The position numbers were made by a program, and so were the translations under genes. A stretch of DNA of 64,000 nucleotides from Selaginella moellendorffii (taxonomy: Eukaryota > Plantae > Lycopodiophyta), in NCBI RefSeq assembly GCF_000143415.4, contig NW_003314325.1, forward strand, positions 336,567 through 400,566, read 5' to 3'. Shown here piece after piece: positions 23,985-37,830 of the stretch. Position 1 is the stretch's first letter. Each line of letters opens with the position of its first letter. Under the pieces are notes generated by a model, which did not search any database, had not been told where the DNA came from, and saw nothing but the letters and a program-made list of their open reading frames with translations.

Positions 23985-25500
23985 AGACACCTCCCGTTAA
24001 AAACCATCCTGATTCACTCTCTCTCTCTCTCCACTTACCTGGTGGTGATGTGGCATTAGGCTTTTTTTTGTTTTTTCTCCAGCGCACTCCCTCTCCCGTC
24101 TGTCACCGCTGTGCTCTCCAGCCCGCCCGCTTGCTCGCTCACGGCTCCCGCCCGCACTCTCACCCGCCTGCCGACACATCCGCCCATGCCCACTGTGCGC
24201 CCTAATTTTTTCCACGTGGTCACAGCCCAGCGTGCACATGGACACTTTTCTATGTGCTTTACGTGGCCAATGCCAAACACATGATCATTGGCTATGGTAT
24301 GAGAGTATTGCTTTCATATTTGTGGATGTTTCAATTGATTTATTTGTCTCCTTGTTAGTATGAGGGAATTTCAAGTAGCAACATATTTATCAAATATATA
24401 TTAAAATCAAAATATTGATTCACTTACCAACTTTGTCCTTTCATTTATCTTGAAAATACTTAATAAATGCTATTTCATTTTGAAAATCCACCTCAAAAAT
24501 GTTTGATAAGTTGTTTAATCTCAACTTGCATAATATTATTATCATGAAAAATTGCATGAATTGAATGATATATAATATCTCTAAGACGTTCTTATATTCC
24601 ATCTTAATATCCCAAGATTTCACCTTACGAATAATATGTTTGAGCCAATTCTTCCTTACATGCCAAGTACATAATAGAATTTGACAATTAAATATAGCTC
24701 TATATAAAAGAAAAAATTAAATTATATCATATCAAATTAATTACTTTATAGTATTAATTTTATCATCAATCATTATTGCACATAGTTTCCAATTTGGCAT
24801 GTGTGTTAAAACTTATTTTTTAATAGCTATCATCCAATTTTTCATATGTTCTCTTTTGTTACTAGAAGTTAAAACTCATGCAATTGGAATACCATTTCCA
24901 TAATAATAAAAAAACAAGCATGGTGTATAATAAAAACTATAAATTATTAAATATTATTCACTTAAAAATAAATGAAAATTTTACTTTCTAGCAATTAATT
25001 CCAAAAGTTGCAATAAGACTTAACAAATTATTATTTACAAAGTCCATCATCTCTTGCAGTTGCCAAATTGTCTAAATCCCAATGGTAAAACAATCTTTAC
25101 TTTGATTACCTTCTTAATAGAAAAATGCCTTTTCAAGGTTTGTGTTCTTCTAAATACATACACTCTGTGCATCATTCTTATGTAGTCAATAAGTTGAAAG
25201 TGAATACTTCTTATACAAATTATTGATATCTTGCATAGTTGGAAAATCATCTCAACAAAGAAGTTCACTAGCTAATTTGTTCCTTCCTACAATTTGTATA
25301 TGTTCAGTATAAATCTGATTTGATGAAAAATCCTACTAAATCATATGAATCACCCAATGTCGAATATTTACCAAAAGCTTCTAAAGAAATAATGATTTTC
25401 CCTGATTATGTACAGATTATATATTATCATAGAGAGCATTGTGATAAGAATGGGATTCTTTATCATGGTCAATAAATTATCTCTATAATAATAAAGAGTT
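23985..25500 (-). mobile_element. Decayed Mutator/MULE transposase relic; boundaries approximate
   Basis: Minus-strand translation gives LIATFGINC*K (D-x-TFGTN-type), LYTMLVF...GNGIPIA*V and CQILLCTWHVRKNWLKH (MULE CxWH motif). Confidence 0.7.
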
Positions 25501-26259
25501 GCCGTACATATTATATGTTACAATTGCTAGCGAAAAAAGAGCCTTTTCGAAAGTATCTTCCCGGTTACTAGTGACATATATTCATATACAATAACAACTT
25601 TCATATACTTTCAGGCAGGCCTTTCTGACCGTGGATATGCTTCTTCGCGCCCGCTTCTTTTTACTGCGTTTCCAGCCATCTTTGTGTGATTGCGAGCGAT
25701 CCAATTTCCAAATGAAAGCTCCAGTACCCGGACTGCAAGGGAATCCGGTCGATTCCAACAAAATCGCAGTGACTTTTAGCCCTAGAGCGAGAAGGGTCTT
25801 TGTGGCTAGAGCGTCAAACGGGAAATATTATATGTTAGTTTGACACCTGATTCATACAAGATTCCAATGTTCTTGCACCGTGGGGATCATATGACGTGAC
25901 GTTGTTAGAGCGAGAAGAGAAGAACGAGCGAATTTTGTCCTCTGAGCTGATCAGGTTTAAAGGGCACAAGTCCGAGAGTGGCGAGCGAGCGAGGCGGCGG
26001 CCATGCGAAGCCTGATCTTCTTCTTGTTCCTTCTGGCGCCTTCGATCAATCATCCATCGCGCGCACGCGCGAGTCTGTCTAGGTGAGAGATCTCACCATT
26101 GATCGCCCAAATATCCTTCGATTTCTCCCCATTCTCTATTCTCGCGTGTTTCTTGATCGATCGATGGATTGCAGGCGATACGAATTTCCACATCTCGTGC
26201 ATCACGATACTGCTCACTTGTGCGCTCCTCCTCATCGGCTGCCGATATTTCGGAGGTAA

Positions 26260-27205
26260 ATGCTCGTCGATCCTAATCGTATCACCGCCTTGTCTCGAAT
26301 TTTTCCAGATCTTCCTCCTATCACCAGCTTCTTGTCTCGAATTTTGCCAGCTCGTGACATGTCCCCCTGGAAGAGATGCCGGTGCATTCAAATCAACACA
26401 AAGGCCGACACAACACCACTCGACCGGCGGCTGTGCCTTGATCTTCCCAACGGACTGCCCAACCGCCAGCAGCTCGTGGGCATTGCCATGGTGATCCTGC
26501 CCTGCGTTCGGGAGAGCCGCGCCAACTTCGAAGTTGCTCTGGAGATCAGGAGCCTCTTCGTGGGCGTGGACGACGAGGATGTAGTCATCAGCGCCAAGGC
26601 TCTGGGATTCTACCCATACCGCGTCAAACTCCGGATCGAGCCACAGCTTGGCGAGATGGAGAGCTCTGACATTGTTATCTACGATTTCCGCGATGGCGAT
26701 GGCAATTCCAGCACACATACCACGAGCTGCAATGGTGAGATTGGAGCTCAACTTAATTTATGGCTACTATCTGTCACGTTAAAGAAAACCTGGGGACGAT
26801 CACTTCAAGAGAAAATGCAGTACGAGTCAATCATTGTTGGAGCTCCAGGGAACACAGCTGAGCTCGAGTGGAAACTCCTTCGTTGGAATCACAATGGGAA
26901 GAAGTATAATCCATCCATACCAAAATCTCTCGAGGTATTCATGCTTTTACTCTTTTTTTCATCTGGGCGTGATCCATATAGCCGCCATTGCGAGGAGGGC
27001 GCACAAGTATCAGTGTGGAAGACTTTCCCATCGCTGTGTGGCATCTGCCCACAAGCATGGCGTCCAAGTTTCCGCTGCGGTTCAAGCTGCGCCTCGAGGC
27101 CGAGATGCATTTCGTCTGGTATGCGAAAAGCAACCACATGTACCGCAAAGCCAATTGCACCAGCGAGACAGTCGAGCTTTCACACGAGTTTGTCGTCACT
27201 GATGG
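26260..27205 (+). CDS. Family A copy 2 (altered N-terminus without MGSSLS); 3' end uncertain
   Basis: Near-identical to copy 1 across the core; same intron position. Confidence 0.55.
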
Positions 27206-27789
27206 TGAGTGAGATGCTGGACTGGACTGTACATACGTAATTATAAGCTGAGCGTTTATAATCACTTCTTGTTTGCCCTGTTCAGTGGTCTTTCTGGTGC
27301 TAGAGGTTTCAAAGTAAGAATAACAAGAAACATACCAGGGAGTTTAAGACATCTCCCAACTTGTACCAATGCACCACTCACATCACCAGGCTTTCATGGA
27401 TAGCCTCGCCACATACAAAGTCCATCCCTGTCAATCCCAAAACCAAGCCTTGCAATTTTAGAATCAATGACAAGCTCTTCATCTGAAAGAGAGAACAATC
27501 GGCAAGAAATTTCTTTTTTCTAATCTTGCCTCGTCGGCCACTCATGCAATGGAGCGTCACGTCTAGCTGCTTCGTTTAGGAGGAAAAATGCGCTTGGTGC
27601 ACCATTGTCCCAGTGGCAGGCCGCTAGGAACTCTGGAGCTGAAACACTCGCCCGGGTGTGATCGTGCGAGAAACCAAAGGAAAAAACGCACCATGAAACG
27701 TGAGTATTACAGAGAATCCTTCTTTACAATGAAAAAATTGTAATTAATAGACCTTGTAAAGAAGGATTGTAAAAAAAAAAAAAAATTAA

Positions 27790-29610
27790 GAGATGTGGTG
27801 CTCAAGAACAGCAGCTATATTGGCAGCTTTTTTAGCCTTCTCGCCCAGACTCCACAGCATCACGGTGGCTACCAAGATCATCACCATCTTGGGTCTCACC
27901 TGCAAAAGCAAATAACAAAGAAATCCCTCACTGGAAAAACGAAAAATAAAACTACCTTGACAATGTCATCCCACAGCAAGAACATGCTGCAACCACACTG
28001 ATCACGTACACCACGTTCTGTTTCTTCTCGTCATCTGCAATTCATAAGATTATATCGATTAATTTGAACAGAACTAAGTTCGTTTGCTTGCCTGTTACTC
28101 CTTTGGTCACGAGCTGCCAGTTTACAGCGCGTGGTTCTACAGCCTAGAGAAGACCGAGGAAGAAGATGCCAGATGATAAGCTCTTGTCCTCGAAGTTCCA
28201 GTTCCACTTGTGTCTTGCAAACATTAGTTCACAGCAACGTTTTGTTACCTTGAAACTCTCCATACGGCTGTCTCTGCAGCCTGATCGCTTCACTTTGTTG
28301 TTGGCCCATTTCAAGATGTCGTAGTCAGACACCATGTTCTTCAGCATCTGGAGGGTATGATACCGCACCAATTGCCACAGAAACGCAGGTAAACGGCTTA
28401 GCAGCCATCGACACAGAAAAAGGCTTAGCGAGTATGAGCTTGCGATTGCCTTGAACAATGTCGCTTCCTGCAACCAACCTCAGCTTTCGAGCCACCTTCT
28501 TAAACTTGGTTGCAGTTCTCCACCACCACTCGAGTCTTGCTCATGACCCTGAATTAAATCAGCGTAAGTGAGGCTGTTGTCGGCTGTCAAACCATTCCTG
28601 AACAAGAAGAAGTTTTATCAACAGCGAGGTGGGACTGAAATTCAATACCTTTCATGGAAGAGATAGGCCAAAAAAGCGGAACGTCTCTGGGTGTGAAGTC
28701 GACAGTTGACACGCTCAGCCTGAGCAAGCACTGCTTTTGCGCTATGTATGGATCTTGGAGATGTAGCGGAGACAAATCGTACTACAACATCAAGTTGGTC
28801 ATTTCAGTTCACTCTCTACCTTAAGATCTGACGAAAAGTTAGTAAGTTCTCTGGAAAAACCAGCCTTCTGCACAACAAAACCATTTCACCTGGAAGACGA
28901 GAAGCTCTTCTATATCCTGCAAACTCCAAACACTAAAGAGTTTTCACACAGTTCATTTTCTTATTATCTCTGTACCGTTTAGCATCTCCGCGAGCTCTGG
29001 TGCTTTCAAGTGGATGCCGGAAAGCAATAATCTGACGAAACAATGAAGCTAAAACTTAATGGTTGCAAAATGAAATCTACCTTTATTATTTAATAGCAGG
29101 AGTGCATAGACGGAAACAAGGATCAGTCAATTTTTTTTGCGCAGAGTGCCCTCTCATCGATGCTTCCGGGAACCGCAACGTTGATCAGTTTGCTGCAATA
29201 GCAGTGATGAATTTTTCAGCGTGAAAACATGACAGGAAACTCACTCACCAGATCAGTATACCGTCCTGAACAGCGTCAAAGAGATCGTCCGTCGACGAGT
29301 CAATCGGAAGAATGTCGCCCAAGTCAGATCATCGGCAAGATGGCTATTAATATGATCAACGTATGCATTTTTCTCGGAGCCGTGCACAGTGTGAATCAAT
29401 GTGGTAGTTGATCGCTGGGCTCTTTTGCGGGCTGATTTTGACGCCGCTCTTTTGCATATATATGCAGAGACAAGAATGTTCGACTGAGAAAGATGATCGC
29501 TTCGCTTCGTTACCCACAAAAAGCCCAAGAAAGGCCTCAAAATTCAAGCTGCTGATCCTTTCTAATGGAAGCCCACTTCTTTACGTACGTCTCCGCTGTC
29601 GATTTCTTGT
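27790..29610 (-). pseudogene. Inverted, deleted fimbrin copy
   Basis: Reverse complement of fimbrin exons ([25 protein letters not shown]). Confidence 0.9.
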
Positions 29611-30270
29611 CCCTTTGCACGTTGTTGCAAACCTGGAGTTTAATGCCGGGTACAAGGACAAAGTAGCTCTACAGCGCTTATACTCCGACAGCACGCTTTT
29701 CGTTATCATCCCCAGTGTCCTGCACGGATAGAGATATCAGACTTATCGCCAAACAGAGAGAAAAGAGAAAGATTGAAAAATCCCACCTTTGTTGACGAGA
29801 TCTAGCAATTCTCCTTCTCCTGGATCCGGAAGAGCGAGGGGAGTAGTACGTTGGATTTCTGGTCGCTTGTGGAAGGAAGTCTGTCTGGCCTTCCGGGGAG
29901 TGGAAGCCGGTGTGCTCTCCACGGAAGTAGCAGCAGCGGGCTGGACGTGTCTCTGGTCGTAACTGGACGGCCGATCTCCACGAATTAGCAGGCTGTCGAT
30001 CTCCTCACTGGAGCTCGCGCTATGGATGAGATCATCGGCTTTACGGTCCGGAGCTTCTTGGCGCTGGTTTGGCTGCAAATGTACAGGCCAGGACCGTCTC
30101 GTGCCATGGATAATCTCACAGAGAACTCTTCAGAATCTTAGACTTTCGGGGAGAAACAAAACTCTGTGAAGCACGTACGGAAGTAGCGTGACAACTCAAG
30201 AACAAAATGAAAATGGAGCAAGCACGTAAGAAACTTACCTGATCTCAAAGGAGAAGAAAGCATGTCGAGA
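29611..30270 (-). pseudogene. Inverted partial TM-gene copy
   Basis: Matches 32090-32780 with frameshifts. Confidence 0.8.
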
Positions 30271-31748
30271 AGGAGGAGGAGAGCCATACAATCATAGCTG
30301 CTGTAGTTTGATAGAAGTTCGAGTTTTTGTGTGTTATTAGCGGCACACACGACCCAAATTTTAGAAGAATGTTAAACTTCATTTATTATTATAAAGGCTT
30401 ATCTATTATTTTATTAAAGGTAATAATTCACTACAACAATGAAATATAGTGAATATAATCAATATAATATATTTGCAAGTTTTCTGATTAGTGGTTATAT
30501 CAACTAATTTTTTTATCAATTAACAAAATAATTACAACTTTACAAAAATAATAATAATAATTAAAGGATGTAATAAGGATTCAGATAATAAATGTAGTTG
30601 TATATTTAGTGATTCAAAATGATTATAATCTGATTATATATTTTTAGTATTAGAATAAATTTAGTTAAATTAAAATTTCCATAAAAATAATTCTAATAGT
30701 ATAAAAATTTGAAATTATTTAATAACATAATTTTTGGTGTAACAGAAATGCTTAGAATATCCAGGAATATTTTAGGATATTTTTAATCTAACGGTTGTGA
30801 TTTTCTCCTCTTAAAATTAATGGTAATCAAGATTTAACATTAATTTGATTTCTTATTGCTAATATACATTATATATATTTTTTATTTATATATATTATAT
30901 TTATATACTATATTTTTAAATTTTCATCACGTGAATTTAATTTATTAAGATTTCATCATCTATATGAGCTGAAAAACACACACTTTAGGTGTGTAAGTAG
31001 CTTTAGGATTTTAATTTTCTCTCACTGCTCCAAATAATTTTATATAGACTTTTGCATTACTTTTTTATTTCTTACTTGATGATTAGAGTATGGTCTTTGG
31101 AAAGCACTTTCCATGCATGTAACTCTTAAACAAAGCATCAAAACAATCTTAATAAAAATTACACAATATTTTTAGCCATTACAACCTAATTTAAAATTTG
31201 TGTTTTGAAGCACTTGCATCTATAAAGCTTTATTTTGCTACATAATGACTTGAGCTAAAATATAAATTTATAGTTTAGAACAAAATATGCTATATTTTGT
31301 ACACCAGATTAGATTTAAAAGATATTTATATTAGAAATTATTAAACTCTTTAATTTATAATATTTGTTAGTAATGTATATAAAAAAATTGTTAATGTTGT
31401 TACATTACCAACAAGAAAAATAAAATATTATAACCGTTTCCGCATTTTCTCAATATTAATAATTTTGGAATATCTAAGAACAATTTTTTTGAGAGATTTA
31501 GCATCCAGATATATGTTGATTTGTCACAGTGATAGTGAAATGAAATAAGTAATCTCTCAGAAGAATGAAAAGAAGAATCTAGGTGATGCATTGGCGACAT
31601 GAGCACTCATGATGGATCTTTCTCATATGCCAGAAAAATCTTGATAATTCATTGAGCGGAACGGCTGGAGCTTCGCTATTTGTCTTATCGCCATTTCTTT
31701 CCAAATGGGTTTCTAGGGTTCTGGGGAGGGAGGCTCCTGCGCGGAGCT

Positions 31749-32716
31749 ATGCGCTGGCTTATCGACTGCATTCAGGACTACGATCGAGTGCAGTCGCTGG
31801 CGGTGGTTTTACTCTATGTCCAGGTGATTTATTGTTCCCTTCCATCCATTTACTTCAGCTCAGATCCATCCCAATTTCATCCACTTGTGATCTTCTGCTG
31901 CCACAGGTGTCCTGTGCGCTGATCGGCTCCCTCGGCGCGCTCTACACGGGGGTCTTGCTTGCAAATCTTGCGATCGCGTTGTTTGCTCTTGTGGCGATTG
32001 AGAGTGGGAGTCAAACCCTTGGCCGCGCTTACGCCGCATTGCTAGTGTGTGCCTTGCTTCTCGACATACTTTGGTTTATTTTCTTCTCCTACGAGATCAG
32101 GTAAGTTTCTTACGTGCTATTTCTTCTTGCTTTGCTCCTTTTTCTTTTTTTTTTGTTGTTGTTCTTTAATCTAAGAGAGTTGTCACGCTTGTGCTTTACA
32201 GTGTTTTGTTTCTCCTCGAGAGTTTCTTTATTCTAAGATTCTAAAGAGTTTTCTCTACGTGCAGGCATTACGGCCGATCTCCACGAATTGGCACGCTGTC
32301 GATCTTCTCGCTGGAGCTCGCGCTATGGATGGAGATCATCGGCTTCACGGTCCGGAGCTTCTCGGCGCTGGTTTGGCTGCAAATGTACCGGCTAGGACCG
32401 TCTCTCGCCACGGATAGTCTCGCTAGTTACTACCAGAGCCTCGTCCAGCCCGCTGCTGGTGCTACTCCAGCGGTTTCCACTCCCCGGAGCGCCAGACAGA
32501 CGTCCATAAGCGACCAGATCCTCGGTGGCTCGATCTATGATCCAACGTACTACGCCTCGCTCTTCCGGATCCAGGAGAAGGAGAATTGCTCGAGCTCGTC
32601 AACAAAGGTGGGATTTTACAATCTTTTTCTTTTCTCTCCGTTTGGCGATAAGTGTGATACCTCTATCCGTGCAGGACACTGGGGATGATAACGAAAAGCG
32701 TGCTAGCGGAGAATAA
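31749..32716 (+). CDS. Conserved plant multi-pass membrane protein of unknown function (TM); exons 31749-31823, 31907-32100, 32265-32607, 32675-32716
   Basis: MRWLIDCIQDYDRVQSLAVVLLYVQ|VSCALIGSLGALYTGVLLANLAIALFALVAIESGSQTLGRAYA...ILGGSIYDPTYYASLF; in-frame GT-AG joins; the only intact copy. Confidence 0.85.
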
Positions 32717-33097
32717 GCGCTGTAGAGCAACTTTGTCCTTGTACCCGGCATTAAACTCCAGGTTTGCAACAACGTGCAAAGCGTTTCCTTTTGTCTCAAG
32801 TGACTCCTCAGGAGCTGGTTTTTCTCGCAGAATTTTGGCAGAAGCGTTGGTCTGGATCATAGCGGTTTAATCCATCCTGGCATTGGGGAAACAGTTCACG
32901 CGGCATTCAAAGACAAGAAATCGACAGCGAGGACGTACGGGAAGAAGGGGGGTTTAGGTATATCTGCGTACGGAAAGAAGCGGGCTGGTGCAAAGAAGGC
33001 AGAGAGACGAAAAAGAAAGCTCGATTTTGGTGTGGCTCCTTCCACCGGTCTTTTAGGGAATTGGCGACCAACTTGGATGAGCGACTGAGCTGTGGGG

Positions 33098-35770
33098 ATG
33101 GCTGCTTTTGGGGGCGTTGTGGTGTCCGATCCTCTCTTGGCGAGCCAATTCACGCAGAATGAGCTTCGCTCGCTCAAATCCGAGGTAAAGACGCTGCAAA
33201 GCGTCTTTTTTCTTTCTTTTTCTCAGCTTTCTCCTGCGTAGTTTGAATCGTTGGGGAGCAGCAGCGACGTGATCACCGCCAAAGAGTTCAAAGATGGACT
33301 TTCAAAACTGGCTTTCATCCAAGAACCGCTAACAGAGGAGGAGGTGGCCTCCATTGTGAAAGAAAGGAGCAGCAGCTTGGATTTTGAGGCCTTTCTGTCG
33401 GTAACGAAGCGAAGCAATCATCTTTTCCGAAGTTTCTCAATCGAACATTCTTGCCTCTGCAGATATACTTGGAGATGCAAAAGAGCGGCGTCAAAATCAG
33501 CCCCCAAAAGAGCCCAGCGTCCGAGTTCCTGAAAAGATCAACTACCACATTGATTCACACTGTGCACGACTCCGAGAAAAAAGCATACGCCGATCATATT
33601 AATAGCCATCTTGCCGATGATCCTGACTTGAGGGACATTCTTCCGATTGACTCGTCCACGGATGATCTCTTTGACGCTGTCCAGGACGGTATACTGATCT
33701 GGTGAGTGAGTTTCCTGTCGGCTGAAAAATTCATCACTGCTCTTGCAGCAAACTGATTAACGTTGCGGTTCCCGGAACCATCGATGAGAGGGCTCTCAAT
33801 ATGAAAAAGAATCTCAATCCCTGGGAAAAGATCGAGAATCAGACACTGTGCTTGAACTCTGCAAAGGCAATTGGTTGCTCGGTTGTCAACATTGGAACCG
33901 AAGATTTGATCGCTGGAAGAGTACGCCTGTTTCCATTTTATGCGCAAAAACAGTTTGACTGATCCTTTTCTTTTTTTTTCTATGCAGTCTCACCTCGTCT
34001 TGGGTCTGCTATCTCAAATAATAAAGGTAGATATCATGTTGCAACTATTAAGTTTTAGCTTCAGTGTGTCGCCAGATTCAATTGCTTTCTGGTGTCAACT
34101 TGAAAGCAGCACCAGAGCTCGCGGAGATGCTAAACGATACAGAGGTAATAGAAAATGAACTATGAAAAATTCTAAGTTTTTGGAGTTTGCAGGATATAGA
34201 AGAGCTTCTTCGTCTTCCAGCTGAAAAGGTGTTGTTAAAATGGGTCAACTACCACCTGCAGAAGGCTGGGTTTTCCAGAGAAATTACTAACTTTTCGTCA
34301 GATCTTAAGGTAGAGACCAACATTCGTACCGAACTGAAACACTCTTAAAACTGAGCAACTTGATGTTGTAGGATGGGGAAGCATACAGCGTACTTCTAAA
34401 CGTCTTGGCTCCTGAGAGCTGCGATTTGTCTCCGCTAGATCTCCAAGATCCATACGATAGAGCAAAAGCAGTGCTTGCTCAGGCTGAGCGTATCAACTGT
34501 CGGAAGTACCTCACACCCAGAGACATTACATGCGGCTCCGCAAACTTGAATCTTGCTTTTTTGGCCTATCTCTTTCATGAAAGGTATTTAATTTCAGGCC
34601 CACCTCGCTCTTGATAAAACTTCTTATTCCAGGAATGGTTTGACAGCCGACAACAGCCTCACTTACGCTGAATTAATTCAGGATCATGAGCAGGATTCGA
34701 GAGATGAGCGGGTTTTTCGTGTGTGGATCAATAGCCTTGGTACAACAACATATGTGGACCAGCTCTTTGATGGCGTCTGGGACGGGTATAAGAGGAAACC
34801 GTCTTTTAAGTTTCAAGCTCTGATAGTTTTGTTTGTACTCTGTAGGTGGATCCTCCTCGAAATACTAGACAAATTGGAGCCAGGCTCCATCAACTGGAAG
34901 GCAGCCAATAAACCTCCCATCAAGATGCCGTTTAAGAAGGTGGAGAACTGCAACCAAGCCATTGATGCTGCTCGAAAGCTGAGGTTGTCACTGGTAAACG
35001 TTGCAGGAAGCGACATCGTTCAAGGCAATCGCAAGCTCATACTCGGTAAGTTTTTCCTTTTCTTTCTTTCTTTCTTTTTTTTCTTCTTCTTTTTTTTTTT
35101 TTTTTTTGTGTCGATGACTGCTAAGCCGTTTACATGTCTTTGTCAGCGTTTCTGTGGCAATTGATGCGGTATCATACCCTCCAGCTGCTGAAGAACATTA
35201 AATTGAGAGGGAAGGAGGTGTCTGACTACGACATCTTGAAATGGGCCAACAATAAAGTGAAGCGATCAGGCAAAGACAGCCGTATGGAGAGTTTTAAGGT
35301 AACAAACGTTGCTGTGAACTAATGTTTGAGTGGAACTGGAACTTCCAGGACAAGAGCTTATCATCTGGCATCTTCTTCCTCGATCTTCTCTGGGCTGTAG
35401 AACCACGCGTTGTAAACTGGCAGCTCGTGACCAAAGGAGTAACAGGCAAGCAAACGAACTTAGTCCCGTCCAAATGAATCGATATAATCTTATGAATTGC
35501 AGATGACGAGAAGAAACAAAACGCGGTGTACGTGATCAGTGTGGCCAGGAAGCTCGGTTGCAGCGTGTTCTTGCTGTGGGATGACATTGTCGAGGTAGTT
35601 TTATTTTTTCGTTTTCCAGCGAGGGATTTCTTTCTTATTTGCTTTCGCAGGTGAGACCCAAGATGGTGATGATCTTGGCAGCCACTGTGATGCTGTGGAG
35701 TCTGGGCGAGAAGGCTAAGAAAGCTGCCAATACAGCTGCTGTTCTTGAGCTCCACAACGAGGTCTCTTAA
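33098..35770 (+). CDS. FIM: Fimbrin (actin-bundling, four CH domains), about 13 exons
   Basis: [20 protein letters not shown]; [11 protein letters not shown]; [15 protein letters not shown]; [27 protein letters not shown]; [12 protein letters not shown]; [10 protein letters not shown]; QGNRKLIL; [31 protein letters not shown]. Confidence 0.95.
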
Positions 35771-36321
35771 TTTTGTTTCTTCATTTTCTCCTGTGATTTT
35801 TTCATTGTAAAAAAGAATTCGTTGTAATACTCACGTTCTTCCTCAATCATAGCGAGTGTTTCAGCCAGGGACAATGGTTCACCAAGCGCATTTTTCCTCC
35901 TAAATGAGGAGATGGATGTGGAGCAGCAAGAACAGCCTTGGAGATGTCATACACTAAAAGGGAAACCTTGCAATGTGGCTGCATGGGTTGAACCTTTGGC
36001 GCTTCTCACATGTCCTAACATACTCAAGAGTGTCTTAGTGGAGCCATGGCCAGTAGTAGCCATACTGGAGAAGGAGCTATGTTATCACTCGTCCAGAGAA
36101 GTGCCCCACACAAGAGTGAAAGGCTTGTAGCAATGCTGGAATCTCATGTTCCACAAGACATCGAAGAAGAACCCCTTGGGATGTCCAGCGGGAGAGATGG
36201 TTAAGAAACAGTAGTCTCGAGTGTGAACCTCCAAAGCTTTGCATGCTGTGAATGTCATGTGATCAATCTCGATTTTCAATTTTTTGATGTAATAAGATAA
36301 GAACCAGGCGTATTCTTCGTG

Positions 36322-37270
36322 ATTAGGGTTTTTGGAGGTGCGCAACGGTGCAATTTCATGAATTTGTCGCATCCTGCTTCACCCCGCCAGGATCGATGCT
36401 GCCGTACCTCCGGGCTAGGTTAGAGGATTCCACGAATGAATGTCAGCAAATGGACTTGCCAGGCAGTCTTGAGGTTTTTCTTCCTCTTTCTCTCTTGTCT
36501 GGAAGGATCGCTGCCGCCGTACGCATTGCGATCTGTTCCGAACAAGATGCTGCTGGAATCGATCAAGGGAGACGCTGTTGCCATGGAGTTTGCCTTCCAT
36601 AAGAGAAGTAAGTTTCGTTCGTCGCCACTTCACTCACCTTCAGGGTGCTTTTCTCTTTTGTTCTTCCTTGTTGCCTTATAACTGAACGATTTCGTTATTT
36701 AGCCAGGATACTTTCAGTCCCTTGTAAGTGCACTTCAGAATTTCTTCTCTGACGGTATCTGTCTTGCAGTTGCTGGATAGGAACTCTCAACTTTGGAGAG
36801 TGATCCGAGAGTACGTTCAACATGAAGAGGATCTTGTCTCGCTCTTTACTTTTTGCGGCCTTGTTCTTAACGCAATGTTTTTCTACCTTTCGATTTTAGG
36901 CTCGTCAAATAGACACCGGAGAGCTAATCCGCTTCCCTTTGGAGATTGGATTATATGGCGTCTGCAAGCCATACAGCATGGATTCCAAACAGCCAGCGTG
37001 GATTCCAAACAGCCAGCGCATTGTCGCGGAAGAGCTCGTAATGCTCGGGGTGTTGCAGCTCCAAAAGGTACTGTCATTGATCCCAAAACAAACAGAAAAC
37101 TGTATGATAGATCGACGAGACTTGCGACTGTCCTCTGGGCGATTTTGTCCGAAGCATCAGCATGGTTTGTCATGGTGAAAACAAACTACACGGCTTAATA
37201 ATATCGAAACACTGCATGTGTTTGTTAGACCGGTGCCTCCCATTTTTATTACAGGACGTTCGTTCTTCGC
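36322..37270 (+). pseudogene. Truncated, internally deleted TFB2 duplicate
   Basis: SKWTCQAVLR, LLDRNSQLWRVIREYVQ, EELVMLGVLQLQK match the downstream gene; start codon lost. Confidence 0.85.
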
Positions 37271-37830
37271 TTTCCAGCGGTTCGCTTAAGAGCTTGCTCG
37301 TTTATAGGTCCAAGAAGCAACGAGCAGTGTGGAATAGCCGCCGGGATCTCTCGTGACTGAGATAGCCTGTAAGAGCTTCGATTCTTTCTCCTTTCTTTGT
37401 TAAGTTACAAGGTTTGTATTTCTTTCTTTCTGTTCTTTCACGGGTCTATGACGGCTAAGCCTTTGTGATATTCCAGAACATGACGTTTATGATCGCAAAC
37501 GGATCACCACAAGCAATACGACTTTATGGCAAGGAAATGTATGACTCCGTGTTTCTTTTTCTCTCATTTCTCGTTAATCATGCCCCAGAGCAGCCACTTG
37601 CACGTTGAGCAGCCAAGTGGGATCCAAAAGGCAGAAACCATATAAATGACAGGCAACGATAAGCCTTTCATACTTTCGATTACACTAGACTTGTCCTTCT
37701 GGTCGATCTCCTGAAAACTTGGCGGAGACCGTGCCATAAGTCAACTTTTACCTCGTCAAAAGGGTCAAAGAGACGGTCATTAAGCTACTTTACCTTACTT
37801 GGATTTAGGGTTTTAGGAGGTGTGGCAACG

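Noticed and set aside
35912-36372. Short ORFs between fimbrin and the TFB2 pseudocopy
   Set aside because: No recognisable domain or consistent exon structure
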